Assembly: GCA_034420735.1 (NCBI GenBank) | Contig: DAOULA010000001.1 | Coordinates: forward strand, 36,743-100,742 | Length of the DNA stretch: 64,000 nt | Direction of reading: 5' to 3' | Source of the DNA: Dehalococcoidia bacterium | Lineage (GTDB): Bacteria > Chloroflexota > Dehalococcoidia > Lucifugimonadales > CAJWER01 | Shown: positions 44,700-54,093 of the stretch, one piece after another | Layout of the letters: each line of letters opens with the position of its first letter | Position numbering within the stretch: the stretch's first letter is position 1 | Translations under genes and position numbers: made by a program | The notes under the pieces: generated by a model | Seen by the model: only the letters and a program-made list of their open reading frames with translations | Database searches by the model: none | Told to the model about the DNA's origin: nothing

Positions 44700-45746
44700 T
44701 CACCAGCTGGAGACGAACCTGTTTCGGTTTGGCACTGGTGGATGCACTACTGTCCCGCCGTTCAGGTGGGATTCGTAGATGCCGAAGCCGATCTCCGTGC
44801 CGATCATCGTTGCGCGTAGGTTGCTGACTCCCGGCTCCCCTGTCCTGATGGACTGGCCCAGTTCGCGAATCTTGCGGACGGTACCACTCCAGTGTTCGAC
44901 CTCGGGCACCTCGACCCGCTCGTAGAACCTGGAGCTGTCGATTGCCTTCCGGACAACGAGTGACGAGCCGTCGTTGATCGTGCGGATGACGCCGTTCTCG
45001 CAGACCAGCTCGAACTCGAGGCCGACGCCGGCGCCCGCTATGTAGATGGACTTGCCGTCGGCGAACTCGACCAGGGCAGACTTGATCGGCGTGTCCTTCA
45101 CGAAGTGCATCCCCGATGTGTCCCCCTCCGCAGGGTGGAGCTCCGCCAGGGTGCCCCTGATGGCCACGGGGTCGGGATCGCCGATCAGGTACAGGAGCGT
45201 GTCCAGGTAGTGGCCCCCCACGCTGTTGCCGCCGAAGCCTACCACCGACTCGATCGCGCCCAGCTCTCCGCTCTCGGCGATCTCGCGGGCCTGCCTGTAG
45301 ATGGCCCAGTTCCGGCGCATCGGCCCGAACTCCAGGAACACGCCGTTGCGCTCGAACGCGTCCCTGATCGCGTCGGCCTCCTCGAGCGTGCAGCAGAGCG
45401 GTTTCTCGGCGTACATGCCCTTCACGCCGTTCTCCGCGCCGTAGATCATGGGCTCGGCGTGCTGCTCGGGACGCGTGCCGATGCTGAGGATGTCGAGCTG
45501 CTCGGTGTCGATCATCTCCTTGAAGTCCGTGTACCCCCTGGGAACGTCCCACCTCTCCTGGAACTCCTTCAGCTTCTCGGGCATGATGTCGCATGCTGCG
45601 ACCAGCTCCACCTCGTCCACCGTGACGTAGGCGGCCGCATGGCTGTGGGGAAGCCTGATGCCGCCCAGGGTGCGCCCCCGCACCTCATCCTCGATGGTGC
45701 TCGTCATCCGACCGCAGCCGATCACACCGACCTTCAGCTTGTCCAT
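44700..45746 (-). CDS. Gfo/Idh/MocA family oxidoreductase
   Basis: 348 aa: MDKLKVGVIGCGRM, and MYAEKPLCCTLEEAD. Confidence 0.85.
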   Translation of the reverse strand: MDKLKVGVIGCGRMTSTIEDEVRGRTLGGIRLPHSHAAAYVTVDEVELVAACDIMPEKLKEFQERWDVPRGYTDFKEMIDTEQLDILSIGTRPEQHAEPMIYGAENGVKGMYAEKPLCCTLEEADAIRDAFERNGVFLEFGPMRRNWAIYRQAREIAESGELGAIESVVGFGGNSVGGHYLDTLLYLIGDPDPVAIRGTLAELHPAEGDTSGMHFVKDTPIKSALVEFADGKSIYIAGAGVGLEFELVCENGVIRTINDGSSLVVRKAIDSSRFYERVEVPEVEHWSGTVRKIRELGQSIRTGEPGVSNLRATMIGTEIGFGIYESHLNGGTVVHPPVPNRNRFVSSW

Positions 45747-45770
45747 GATGTCTCCTTTGTACAGCCCGGA

Positions 45771-46673
45771 TCAGCCTGTTACGCCTACCGCGTCCAGGCG
45801 GCGCTTTGCTTCTTCATATGTGTCCTGGACCAAATCACCCTTGCGGGCTGCCGCAACGTTCTCCGCGAGATGGTCGGGGTTCTTGGTCCCCACTATGGTG
45901 GTATGGAGACCGGGGTGCGTAAGGGTGAAGCGCAGCATGAAGGACGTGCGGCTCTCCCCCTCGTCCCTGAGATCATCGAGTCCGGCCTCGTCGAACTTGG
46001 CCCAGGCATCCGGTCTGGAGACGCCCGACTGGCCCGGCTCTCCCTTGGCGACGCCGCCCCGGATGATAGTGCCGATGCCGGCGTTCGCAGCCTTGCTGAT
46101 CCAGGTCTCGTGCTCGCGGTTGAGCGCCGAGTAGGGGATCTGGAAGACATCGAACACGCCCATATCGATGTGGTCGGCGAGGTTCGGCATGACAGACGAC
46201 GAGCCGAGGAGGCGTATCTTGCCCGCCTCCTTCAGGTCCGAGAGCGTCTGGATGGCGTCTTCCTGGTCGATGATGTCCTTCGAGGGAGAGGAGTGAAACT
46301 GGACTGCGTCGAGGTAGTCGATATTCATACGCTTCAGGCTCTGGTCGACGCCTGCCGTGATGTTGTCCCGGGTGAAGACGTGGTCGCCTGGGGGCAGGCT
46401 GCCGGCCGGGCAGCCGCACTTGGACGCCAGGAAGAACTCGTCGCGCCGGTGGGAGATGTACCTCCCAATGAACTCCTCGCTCCGCCCGTAGTCTATGGAC
46501 GTGTCGATGAAGTTGATACCGGCGTCGAGCACGGCGTTCAACACCCTGCCCGCCTCGTCGTCGTCGATGGGCCTGCCTCGATCTCCGGCCCTGACCTCCA
46601 TCGCTCCGTACCCGAGCTTCGTGACTTCGAGCCCGCTGCTTCCGAGGGTTGTCTTCTCCAGTCCTGTGTCCAT
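45771..46673 (-). CDS. Aldo/keto reductase (paralogue of 36637..37542)
   Basis: 300 aa: LGSSGLEVTKLGYG, INFIDTSIDYG, FLASKCG, IIRGGVAKGEP, GTKNPDHLAENV. Confidence 0.9.
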   Translation of the reverse strand: MDTGLEKTTLGSSGLEVTKLGYGAMEVRAGDRGRPIDDDEAGRVLNAVLDAGINFIDTSIDYGRSEEFIGRYISHRRDEFFLASKCGCPAGSLPPGDHVFTRDNITAGVDQSLKRMNIDYLDAVQFHSSPSKDIIDQEDAIQTLSDLKEAGKIRLLGSSSVMPNLADHIDMGVFDVFQIPYSALNREHETWISKAANAGIGTIIRGGVAKGEPGQSGVSRPDAWAKFDEAGLDDLRDEGESRTSFMLRFTLTHPGLHTTIVGTKNPDHLAENVAAARKGDLVQDTYEEAKRRLDAVGVTG

Positions 46674-46705
46674 CAGTACCTCCTTGGCTTGCTCTCTGTT
46701 CCGGA

Positions 46706-48031
46706 CTATGGGAGCTCCGACGCAAGGGCGCTGACCACCGACTCATAGTCGCCCGGCAGCTCCACCGGCTTGTTGCCAAGCTGCGCGGTCACGTCCGCCA
46801 GTTTGTCGTTGTGGTAGTCGACCTTGAAGTCGACGAACTTCAGCCCGTTTGCCGTCGAGATGACGATCACCCGGTCGCCGCGTCCGATTTCCTTCCGGTC
46901 CACCAGCTTGGACATCGCCGCCAGCGCGACCCCCGTCTGCGGGCAGCTGAAGAGGCCGGTGCGGTCGGCCTGGGCGGCGGCGTGGGCCAGCTCGCCCTCT
47001 GTCGCCTGCTCCACGATGCCGTCGAACTCCTTCAGTATCGGGATGGCGCGCCCGATGCTGACGGGGTTGCCTATCTGAATGGCGCTTGCCGCGGTCGAAG
47101 ATGCCGGGACGGGCTCGTACTCGGTGAAGCCGGTGAGGTAGCTGCGGTAGAGGGGGTTTGCGGAGGCGGACTGGGCGCAGACGAGGCGCGGAAGCTGCTG
47201 GATGATGCCAAGGTCGCGCATCATCAGGAATCCTAGTCCGATTGCGGTGATATTCCCAAGATTGCCGCCCGGCACGATCACCCAGTCGGGCACCTCCCAG
47301 TCGTCCTGCTGGGTTATCTCGATGCTGACGGTCTTCTGCCCTTCGATGCGCAACGGGTTGACCGAGTTCGCCAGGTAGAACCTGGGGTCCTCGCTCAGCC
47401 GTTTCACGATGGCCATGCACCCGTCGAAGTCCGTGTCCAAGGCGAGTGTGATTGCGCCGTTGGCGAGCGGCTGGATGAGCTGGGCGACCGACACCCTGTC
47501 CTTGGGCAGCAGCACTGCCGACGGGATGCCGGCGGCGGCGCAATATGCCGAGACCGACGCTGACGTGTCGCCTGTGGACGCGCAGATGACCGCGGCGACG
47601 TCTCTCCCCCGGCTCATCGTCTCCTTGACGGCTGACACAAGCACGGTGATGCCCAGGTCCTTGAAGGAGCCTGAGTGACTGTTGCCGCTCTGCTTGATCC
47701 ACAGGTCGTCAAGGCCGACGATCTCGCCGAGGCGCTCGGCGCGGAACAGGTTCGTGCCTCCCTCGTACATCGAGACGATGTTCTCGTTCGATATGTGTGG
47801 GTAGATCCACTCCTTCTTGCCCCAGACGCCGCTGCCGAAGGGGAACTCGGTCGTCATGTAGCGCTGGTCGAAGAGGGACATCCATGCGGCGGCGCTGCGG
47901 TTCCTGAGTGCCTCGACGCTGTGCGCGACCTCCAGGAGTCCCCCGCAGCGCGGGCACTCGTAGAGCACGTCCGTAAGGTCGTACTCCGCGTCGCATCCCT
48001 CGCTGCACTGGAACCAGGCGCGGTACTTCAT
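46706..48031 (-). CDS. thrC: Threonine synthase
   Basis: Start at ATG 48031 with GAGGAGG RBS (MKYRAWFQCSEGCDAEYDLTDVLYECPRCGG zinc ribbon). PLP-lysine motif HSGSFKDLG, GDTSAS, and GNLGN. Confidence 0.9.
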   Translation of the reverse strand: MKYRAWFQCSEGCDAEYDLTDVLYECPRCGGLLEVAHSVEALRNRSAAAWMSLFDQRYMTTEFPFGSGVWGKKEWIYPHISNENIVSMYEGGTNLFRAERLGEIVGLDDLWIKQSGNSHSGSFKDLGITVLVSAVKETMSRGRDVAAVICASTGDTSASVSAYCAAAGIPSAVLLPKDRVSVAQLIQPLANGAITLALDTDFDGCMAIVKRLSEDPRFYLANSVNPLRIEGQKTVSIEITQQDDWEVPDWVIVPGGNLGNITAIGLGFLMMRDLGIIQQLPRLVCAQSASANPLYRSYLTGFTEYEPVPASSTAASAIQIGNPVSIGRAIPILKEFDGIVEQATEGELAHAAAQADRTGLFSCPQTGVALAAMSKLVDRKEIGRGDRVIVISTANGLKFVDFKVDYHNDKLADVTAQLGNKPVELPGDYESVVSALASELP

Positions 48032-48251
48032 CGTCCCCTCCTCGCCCCGATTGTACGGCCTGCCCGCGAGAGATTCCATGCCTGAAGCACCTCATGCCTC
48101 ATAGCGCACGGGGTTTCCGCACAAACTCGGTGGGACATAGACAGCACTACTCGTCGACAAGGGCGAGAGCCCCCATCTCGATCTTTCACCTTAGGAGAAA
48201 GAGGCCGAGCCACCTCACCTCGACCCTGAACACTTACCTTCCGCACGATTA

Positions 48252-48280
48252 TTGACACACCCTTGCGCCTAGCATAAGCT
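48252..48280 (+). promoter_or_regulatory. Putative sigma-70 promoter for 48362..48874
   Basis: TTGACA (48252-48257), 17 nt, TAAGCT (48275-48280). GGAGG at 48349-48353 precedes the GTG at 48362. Confidence 0.35.
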
Positions 48281-48361
48281 CAGGCGCCTCAGATTTCCGA
48301 ATGCGCCTCAATTACGAAAGGGGCTTCCTTCAACAGCCTCTCTGCTACGGAGGATCATCAG

Positions 48362-48874
48362 GTGAAGGATCGCCGGAACTGGTTGATCTTGGGCTGGCTG
48401 GCAGCGTTGAGCGCTGCGGTTGCTACTCTGTTCTGGGTTGAAACGCCCGTTATCAACCTAGGTCCTGAGCCTACGCCCACATTCGTCCCTGTCAACCTGA
48501 ATTCAGAGAGCATAAGGTCGGAGAGCATAAGGACTGAGAGTCTAACGGTAACGGGTGATCCAGGGCTCGTGCTTCGAGCCGATAGAGGTAATGCAGTCCG
48601 CCTAACTCAATTCGATGTGACCTCGTTTGGACTGGTCATTCGAGAATCGAGATCGTTCAAGGGAAAGCTCACTCACGTAAGTGAGTTTTGTCTGTGGATG
48701 TTATCGTACTGTCACCCTGAGCGGTATACCGGCGGTAATGCTTTCATCCTCGAGTACCATCCGGTGGGCATTGACGAGTGGTGCCTGCTCGACGAGGTCA
48801 AATACCGGCTACCGAGAGAGCCATGTAGCAAAGCGGGCGGGAACTACACCCCGTCCGATGGGTTGGCACAGTAA
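48362..48874 (+). CDS. Hypothetical membrane-anchored protein (low-GC orphan)
   Basis: 170 aa, GTG start with GGAGG RBS. N-terminal TM WLILGWLAALSAAVATLFWV, short SESIRSESIRTESL repeat, and 4 Cys in the C-terminal part. No family recognised. Confidence 0.5.
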   Translation: MKDRRNWLILGWLAALSAAVATLFWVETPVINLGPEPTPTFVPVNLNSESIRSESIRTESLTVTGDPGLVLRADRGNAVRLTQFDVTSFGLVIRESRSFKGKLTHVSEFCLWMLSYCHPERYTGGNAFILEYHPVGIDEWCLLDEVKYRLPREPCSKAGGNYTPSDGLAQ

Positions 48875-48918
48875 CTACACTCAGGAGGCCAACAACCCCA
48901 ATTCGCTGGTCTGCCCTG

Positions 48919-51459
48919 CTAGTGCCGTAGACCCAGGCGGTGCATGCGGTCGTGGATGGCCTGCCGGGCCTCGATGAAGGGGCGCTCCAGGTAGGCGATG
49001 TGGTCGTCCTCCCCGTGATGGTGGGTGACGTTGCCGTTCATGTACTGGGCAGAGGTCTCCCGGATGTAGGAGAGGTCGCCCTCGATCAGCGTGAGCATGT
49101 ACTGGAAGGTGGCGGGGTCGTACATGTCCCACTCGCCGCCGACCGCGACATAAACGGGTGACGTGTGGGCGAAGACTCCCCGCTGCCATACGTCGTGGTG
49201 CAGCATCTCGTCGTAGCCTGGCCCGCCGCACCGCGCCGCGATCCAGGTATGGCCGTCGACGCTGAGCTTCTCCCTGATCTCCAGCCGCCTCGTCCCGCCG
49301 GAGGACTCGGACGACGCGACCACCTTGCCGTCAACCACTACCTGTAGGGTATTGATTGGCAGGATGCTCTCGGCCCACGCCTCGACCTCGACCGTGCCCG
49401 CGCCGGAAAGGTCGAGCGTGTCGCCGACCTCCCGGCCGTCTACCGACAGGTGGATGATCGGCCCGCCGCTCAGGAACGTCCTGCCGGCGGCGACGGCCTT
49501 GCACCAGTTATCGTAGGTGAATTCGACGTCGCCGAGTTGCGCGTACGTCCGGTAGAGGCCGACGGGCACGTCGCTCGACATCTTGTCCGTGCCGCCGACC
49601 AGCGGCAGCCGGTACCCGCCGCTCAGGTACCGGTAATACTCGCTGTGGTTGAACGGGTTCTGCCTGATCATCTCCACCCCGTCCAGCCGGCCCGTCGCGA
49701 CCAGCGCGGCAGGCTCCCCGTTGGGATTGGGGAAGTGCGGGTTTATGACGTAGCCGCCCTGGGCGTGGGCCCTGTCGGCCCAGTCGCTGAGCGTCGTCTC
49801 CATCGTGCCGCCGATCTCGGCCTCTCCCAGGCCGTCGCTGCACCACGGCATCACCGGCTCCTTCAGCCCCCACAGGATCATGTGGCCCATGAAGTGCTGT
49901 CGGTTCTCCTGGGACGTGTAGACGATGCTGTCGCCTGCCCGCGAGACGCTCGGTTCGCCCGTGAAGTCCTCGGTGTTCGTGAAGAGGCTGCCCCACTGGG
50001 ACTGGAGCAGGTTGACGACGTTCAGATCCTCGCCCTGCGCCTCGGCATGGGCGCCCTGCGTCCCAAGAAAGTGCACGTGGGAGTCGCCGCTGTACCAGCC
50101 CTGCCCGTTCATGTTGGTCCATCGCTTCAGGCGCAGGGTGAGCTCGCGCTGGCCCGGCTCGATGTCGACCTTCGCGCGGAGCGGCTCGTACTCGAAGCCG
50201 CGCGCCACGTCGACGATGACCTCGCCCCGGGGGAGCCAGCCCCTGCACTTGCCGTCGATGTATGCGTAGGTGATCTGCCCCAGCCGGGTGTCGCCGCCCA
50301 CGTCGATGTGCCAGGTGCCCAAGTTCGAGTTGACCTGGTTGTGGTGCCCGTGCGGCTGGTACGGCACGCCCTCGGGCGACCTGAAGTGGACCCGGCACGG
50401 CACGGGGCGGCCCGTGTCGTCGTCGACCACCGTGACCTCGACCCAGTTCCTGCCGGGGTCGACAAGCTCCATTTTCATGCGGGGCGTGGCGGCGCTCCCC
50501 TTCTCCTCGACGTCGCCCCACCTGACCAAGCCGACCTCCTCGTCGCCCAGCTCGACCTTGACCGTTGCGGACGGGACAGCGGATACCTCCGCGTAGGCCG
50601 GGCTCGACTTCTCGTTCTGCTCCTCGCCGTAGCCCGTGTAGGGGTCTGTCAGGAATCCGTCGCCGTCGTTCTCGGGCAGCGGATGGACGTACGTCGTGTC
50701 GCCCCTGTCGACCTTGACATCGAGATCGAAGGGCTTCTCAGCGTCGCCCTGGTCTGTCAACGTGATGCGGACCGGCCTGCGCCCCTGGCGTGCGAAGGGG
50801 AACTCGTCCACGTGGCTTGCGGTGACCGCGCCGATGGCGAGTTTTGGCCCCTTGGTCACGGCCTCGAACGCCTCGATCTCATTTTCTGGCGATGGGTTCC
50901 TGAAAGCCCACAGGTTCCACCAGGCCGGAGAGACGGATGATGCCTCGGTCTGGCGCCGTCCTGTAGCCTCCCATTCACCCTCGTACCTGGGAATCAGTGC
51001 CGCCTTCTGGTCAGTGAAGGCCCTGAACGGCGAGCCCGGCACTCCGGGGATGTCCTTCGGGCCCGGCAGCGCGACTATCTCGAACCTCTCGCGAATGGTC
51101 ACCCGCTCCTCGCCGCCGTCCGCGTACCTCAGCACGTAGTCGGCCACCTCGACTCCCAGTGGCCCGCCCGAGGGCACGTCGGTCTCCAGAAGGCGGTGTG
51201 CGACCAATAAGTACGTCGCAGTGCCTCCGACAGGTATGACGACCGAGTCTGTCCCATCTCCGAGGACCACTAAGCGGTCATCGTCCCTGCTTCCACCCTC
51301 CCCGCCAACGAGGAACGGCAGCCCGCGAAACGAGACGCGCCCTATAGGCGGTTCTTCATCGGGCACGGGTGTGAGCGCCGAGTAGGACCCGGGCTTGCCC
51401 AGGATTCCAACGTCCGCGTTGCACCACTGGGAAATGTCGAGCGGCTCGTAGTCGTTCAT
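48919..51459 (-). CDS. Large multidomain protein with a C-terminal CehA/McbA-like (PHP-type) metallohydrolase region
   Basis: 846 aa. WYSGDSHVHF (His-x-His metal motif) followed by a beta-rich tail. VVDDDTGRPVPCRVHF resembles a carboxypeptidase-regulatory-like sandwich. The first 330 aa or so are unrecognised. Confidence 0.55.
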   Translation of the reverse strand: MNDYEPLDISQWCNADVGILGKPGSYSALTPVPDEEPPIGRVSFRGLPFLVGGEGGSRDDDRLVVLGDGTDSVVIPVGGTATYLLVAHRLLETDVPSGGPLGVEVADYVLRYADGGEERVTIRERFEIVALPGPKDIPGVPGSPFRAFTDQKAALIPRYEGEWEATGRRQTEASSVSPAWWNLWAFRNPSPENEIEAFEAVTKGPKLAIGAVTASHVDEFPFARQGRRPVRITLTDQGDAEKPFDLDVKVDRGDTTYVHPLPENDGDGFLTDPYTGYGEEQNEKSSPAYAEVSAVPSATVKVELGDEEVGLVRWGDVEEKGSAATPRMKMELVDPGRNWVEVTVVDDDTGRPVPCRVHFRSPEGVPYQPHGHHNQVNSNLGTWHIDVGGDTRLGQITYAYIDGKCRGWLPRGEVIVDVARGFEYEPLRAKVDIEPGQRELTLRLKRWTNMNGQGWYSGDSHVHFLGTQGAHAEAQGEDLNVVNLLQSQWGSLFTNTEDFTGEPSVSRAGDSIVYTSQENRQHFMGHMILWGLKEPVMPWCSDGLGEAEIGGTMETTLSDWADRAHAQGGYVINPHFPNPNGEPAALVATGRLDGVEMIRQNPFNHSEYYRYLSGGYRLPLVGGTDKMSSDVPVGLYRTYAQLGDVEFTYDNWCKAVAAGRTFLSGGPIIHLSVDGREVGDTLDLSGAGTVEVEAWAESILPINTLQVVVDGKVVASSESSGGTRRLEIREKLSVDGHTWIAARCGGPGYDEMLHHDVWQRGVFAHTSPVYVAVGGEWDMYDPATFQYMLTLIEGDLSYIRETSAQYMNGNVTHHHGEDDHIAYLERPFIEARQAIHDRMHRLGLRH

Positions 51460-51603
51460 GGGATTTCCTCCTGCGCGGAATGTACGTGCCGGGAACGTGG
51501 CGAGTCAACCTAACATGTGGGCGACAAGCCTCTCCGGCGGTTGGCCTCGTTCAGACAGATGTGAGACAGGTTGGGTGAAGTGTAATCAGGCGGGGGTGTA
51601 TCC

Positions 51604-51632
51604 TTGACAGTCGCCGTAGCTGGTGGTACTGT
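51604..51632 (+). promoter_or_regulatory. Putative sigma-70 promoter upstream of the NYN gene
   Basis: TTGACA (51604-51609), 17 nt, TACTGT (51627-51632). Confidence 0.45.
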
Positions 51633-51667
51633 CCCATCACCACCCCTATCGATTCGACGGTAGGGTC

Positions 51668-51699
51668 GAGGCCGCCCTTCGAGGCGGCCTCTGTCTTGT
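51668..51699 (+). promoter_or_regulatory. Terminator-like hairpin in the NYN gene leader
   Basis: GAGGCCGCC (51668-51676) / GGCGGCCTC (51683-51691) form a perfect 9-bp stem with a 6-nt loop, followed by TGTCTTGT. It lies about 20 nt before the GGGAG RBS and TTG start at 51713. Confidence 0.4.
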
Positions 51700-51712
51700 A
51701 TGGGAGTAGCGA

Positions 51713-52342
51713 TTGATTACCAACCTATACATAGACGGCTTCAATCTCTACTACCGCGCCCTCAAAGACACACCGTTCCGATGGCTTGACCTGCGCAGGC
51801 TGGCTGAAAACCTCTTCCCCGTGGACTCCATAAACAGGGTCTGCTACTTCACGGCTCGGCTTGACGTACGCCCGGGCAACCCTGGGCAAGCCCAGCGTCA
51901 ACTCATATACCTGAGAGCCCTAGCGACCTTGCCGGGATTCGACGCCTACTACGGTGTCTTCCGGTCCGGCGTAAAGCGCCGCCCTCTGGCCGAGCCGGTG
52001 GAGGGACTGCCCAGCCACGTTCTGGTCAAGGACTCGGAGGAGAAAGGGTCGGACGTGAATCTGGCCACCCGCTTGCTGGTGGACGGGTTCAACAGAGAGT
52101 ATGAGCAGGCAGTCCTTGTCTCCAACGATGCCGACTTCGCCGGTGCGATGCGCTACGTCCGGGACGACCTAGGGCTTCGCGTCACGCTGGTCAACCCGGA
52201 TCCCAAGAACGCCAGTCCCCGGGAGCTTGCCGACGCCGCCACCTATGTCAGGCGTCTGTGGAAGAGTCACCTGAGACGGAGCTTGTTCCCCGATACTCTT
52301 GCTGACGAGATCGGAGTCATCACCAAACCAGAAGGTTGGTGA
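51713..52342 (+). CDS. NYN-domain (PIN-like, LabA/DUF88) protein
   Basis: 209 aa, TTG start: YIDGFNLYY, EEKGSDVNLATRLLVDGF, AVLVSNDADFAGAMRYV. These are NYN acidic-residue motifs. Confidence 0.85.
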   Translation: MITNLYIDGFNLYYRALKDTPFRWLDLRRLAENLFPVDSINRVCYFTARLDVRPGNPGQAQRQLIYLRALATLPGFDAYYGVFRSGVKRRPLAEPVEGLPSHVLVKDSEEKGSDVNLATRLLVDGFNREYEQAVLVSNDADFAGAMRYVRDDLGLRVTLVNPDPKNASPRELADAATYVRRLWKSHLRRSLFPDTLADEIGVITKPEGW

Positions 52343-52508
52343 CTGAACCTAACCAGGCCGCTTGGCTGAGCTTGTCGAAGCTCCGCGGTTCGGCGGGCTC
52401 ACCGCGAACGAACTTTAGGTGGGTCCTGGGACGGATACACAATCCCGTTAGACACCCTTGCTGCTTGGTGGTAGGATTTCCGGCGGCCTTGCGCCGGTTC
52501 GTTCGAGG

Positions 52509-53294
52509 ATGGAGGAGCGTGAATTGCTGGATCTGGGAATCGTCACATACAACCTGGCGAAGAGCTGGGACCTGGACACCATAGCCGAGCGGTGCGTCGC
52601 CCACGGCATCGAGGCCGTCGAGCTGCGCACTACCCATGCCCACGGGGTTGAAGTCACCACATCCCCCGAAGAGCGGGCCAGGGTGAGGCGGTTCTTCGCG
52701 GACTCACCCGTCCGGCAGTTGAGTCTGGGCAGCACCTGCGAGTACCACTCCACCGATGCCGCCGAGGTCGAGGCCAATGTCACCGAGACGAAGCAGTATA
52801 TCGAGCTGGCGGAGGCTATCGGGGCAATCGGCGTGAAGGTCCGCCCTAACGGGTTCCACGAAGACCGTGGCGTCTCCAGGGAGGCCACCCTGGAGCAGAT
52901 CGGGCGCGCTCTGCGTCGTTGCGGAGAGGCGGCCGAGGGCACGGGTGTGGCCGTCTGGCTAGAGGTGCACGGGCGCGGCACCGACCAACCGCCCTACATC
53001 GCGCGAATCATGGAGGTGGCCGACCATCCCAAGGTCGGCGTCTGCTGGAACTCGAACCCGGCGGACGTCGTCGACGGGTCTGTTCGCCAGCACTTCGAGC
53101 TCCTGCGCCCGTGGCTCATGTCGGTGCATATCAACAACCTGTGGAACGAGGCCTACCCTTACCGGGAGCTGTTCACACTCCTGCGCGAGTCGGGCTACTC
53201 CGGCTACTGCCTCGCCGAAATCGCCGACGAGAGCGCGGAGCCGGACACCTTCCTGCGGTACTACAAGGCCCTGTTCAGGGAACTAACGAGGTGA
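52509..53294 (+). CDS. Sugar phosphate isomerase/epimerase (xylose-isomerase-like TIM barrel)
   Basis: Start at ATG 52509 (MEERELLDLGIVTYNL...). GIEAVELR, VWLEVHG, and the CWNSNP pattern. Confidence 0.85.
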   Translation: MEERELLDLGIVTYNLAKSWDLDTIAERCVAHGIEAVELRTTHAHGVEVTTSPEERARVRRFFADSPVRQLSLGSTCEYHSTDAAEVEANVTETKQYIELAEAIGAIGVKVRPNGFHEDRGVSREATLEQIGRALRRCGEAAEGTGVAVWLEVHGRGTDQPPYIARIMEVADHPKVGVCWNSNPADVVDGSVRQHFELLRPWLMSVHINNLWNEAYPYRELFTLLRESGYSGYCLAEIADESAEPDTFLRYYKALFRELTR

Positions 53295-53298
53295 TGCA

Positions 53299-54084
53299 AT
53301 GAAGATCGGATGCTGCGCGTACTCCTACCGGCAATACCTGCTGGCGGGAGAGATGAGCCTGGAGGAATTCGTCGACACTGCCGCGGACCTGGGAGTCGAG
53401 GGCGTCGAATTGACGGCCTACTACTTCCCCACCACCGACCGGGACTACCTGAACTCGCTGAAGCGCCACTGCCTCGTGAGGGGCGTCGACGTGTCGGGCA
53501 CGGCGGTGGGCAGCAAGCTGACGCTCGCCGACCCCGACGAACGCGCCGCCGAGGTCGCGATGGTGAAGGAGTGGCTGGGCCACGCGGTCACCCTCGGCGC
53601 GCCGGAGCTCAGGGTGTTTGCAGGCGTGACGCCGGACGGCCATACCGATGAGGAGGCCTTCGAGTGGGCCGTCGCGGCCCTGCGGGAGTGCGTCCCCGTC
53701 GCGGCCGAGAACGGCGTGGTGATGGCGCTGGAGAACCACGGAGGCATTACGACCACGTCGGCGCAGGTGATGCGCCTTATCGAGGCAGTCGACTCGGAGT
53801 GGCTCCGGGTGAACCTCGACACGGGCAACTACGGGCTCGACCCGGACGTCGATCCCTACGAGGGGATGCGTCGCGTCGCGAATCTATCCGTTACCGCCCA
53901 TCACAAGGTATCTATGAAGACGCCCGGCGGCTCACTGCCCGTCGATATCGATAGAGTCGTCTCGGTGCTGTCCGATGCCGGGTATCGCGGGTACCTGAAC
54001 CTCGAGTTCGAGGAGGACGAGGACCCCAAGACCGGCGTGCCCAGGGTCATAGCCGAGATGAAACGCGCCCTGGGTAAGGGATAG
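53299..54084 (+). CDS. Sugar phosphate isomerase/epimerase (xylose-isomerase-like TIM barrel)
   Basis: 261 aa: MKIGCCAYSY, GVEGVELT, MALENHGG, NLDTGN, YLNLEFE. Confidence 0.85.
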   Translation: MKIGCCAYSYRQYLLAGEMSLEEFVDTAADLGVEGVELTAYYFPTTDRDYLNSLKRHCLVRGVDVSGTAVGSKLTLADPDERAAEVAMVKEWLGHAVTLGAPELRVFAGVTPDGHTDEEAFEWAVAALRECVPVAAENGVVMALENHGGITTTSAQVMRLIEAVDSEWLRVNLDTGNYGLDPDVDPYEGMRRVANLSVTAHHKVSMKTPGGSLPVDIDRVVSVLSDAGYRGYLNLEFEEDEDPKTGVPRVIAEMKRALGKG

Positions 54085-54093
54085 GAGGCACAG

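Noticed and set aside
45105-46748. 547-aa ORF antisense to the Gfo/Idh/MocA and AKR genes; likewise 41608..42990, 49450..50940, 17798..18826 and 34597..35814
   Set aside because: All are shadow ORFs opposite genes with strong family motifs. They have biased R/A/G/P/H composition.
48032-48260. Riboswitch or leader peptide in the roughly 230-nt region upstream of thrC
   Set aside because: No SAM-type or T-box core is recognisable. The small overlapping ORF (48028..48258) has no Thr/Ile run. Only short 4-5 bp stems were seen. It could still be a structured 5' UTR, and an Rfam/cmscan search would settle it.
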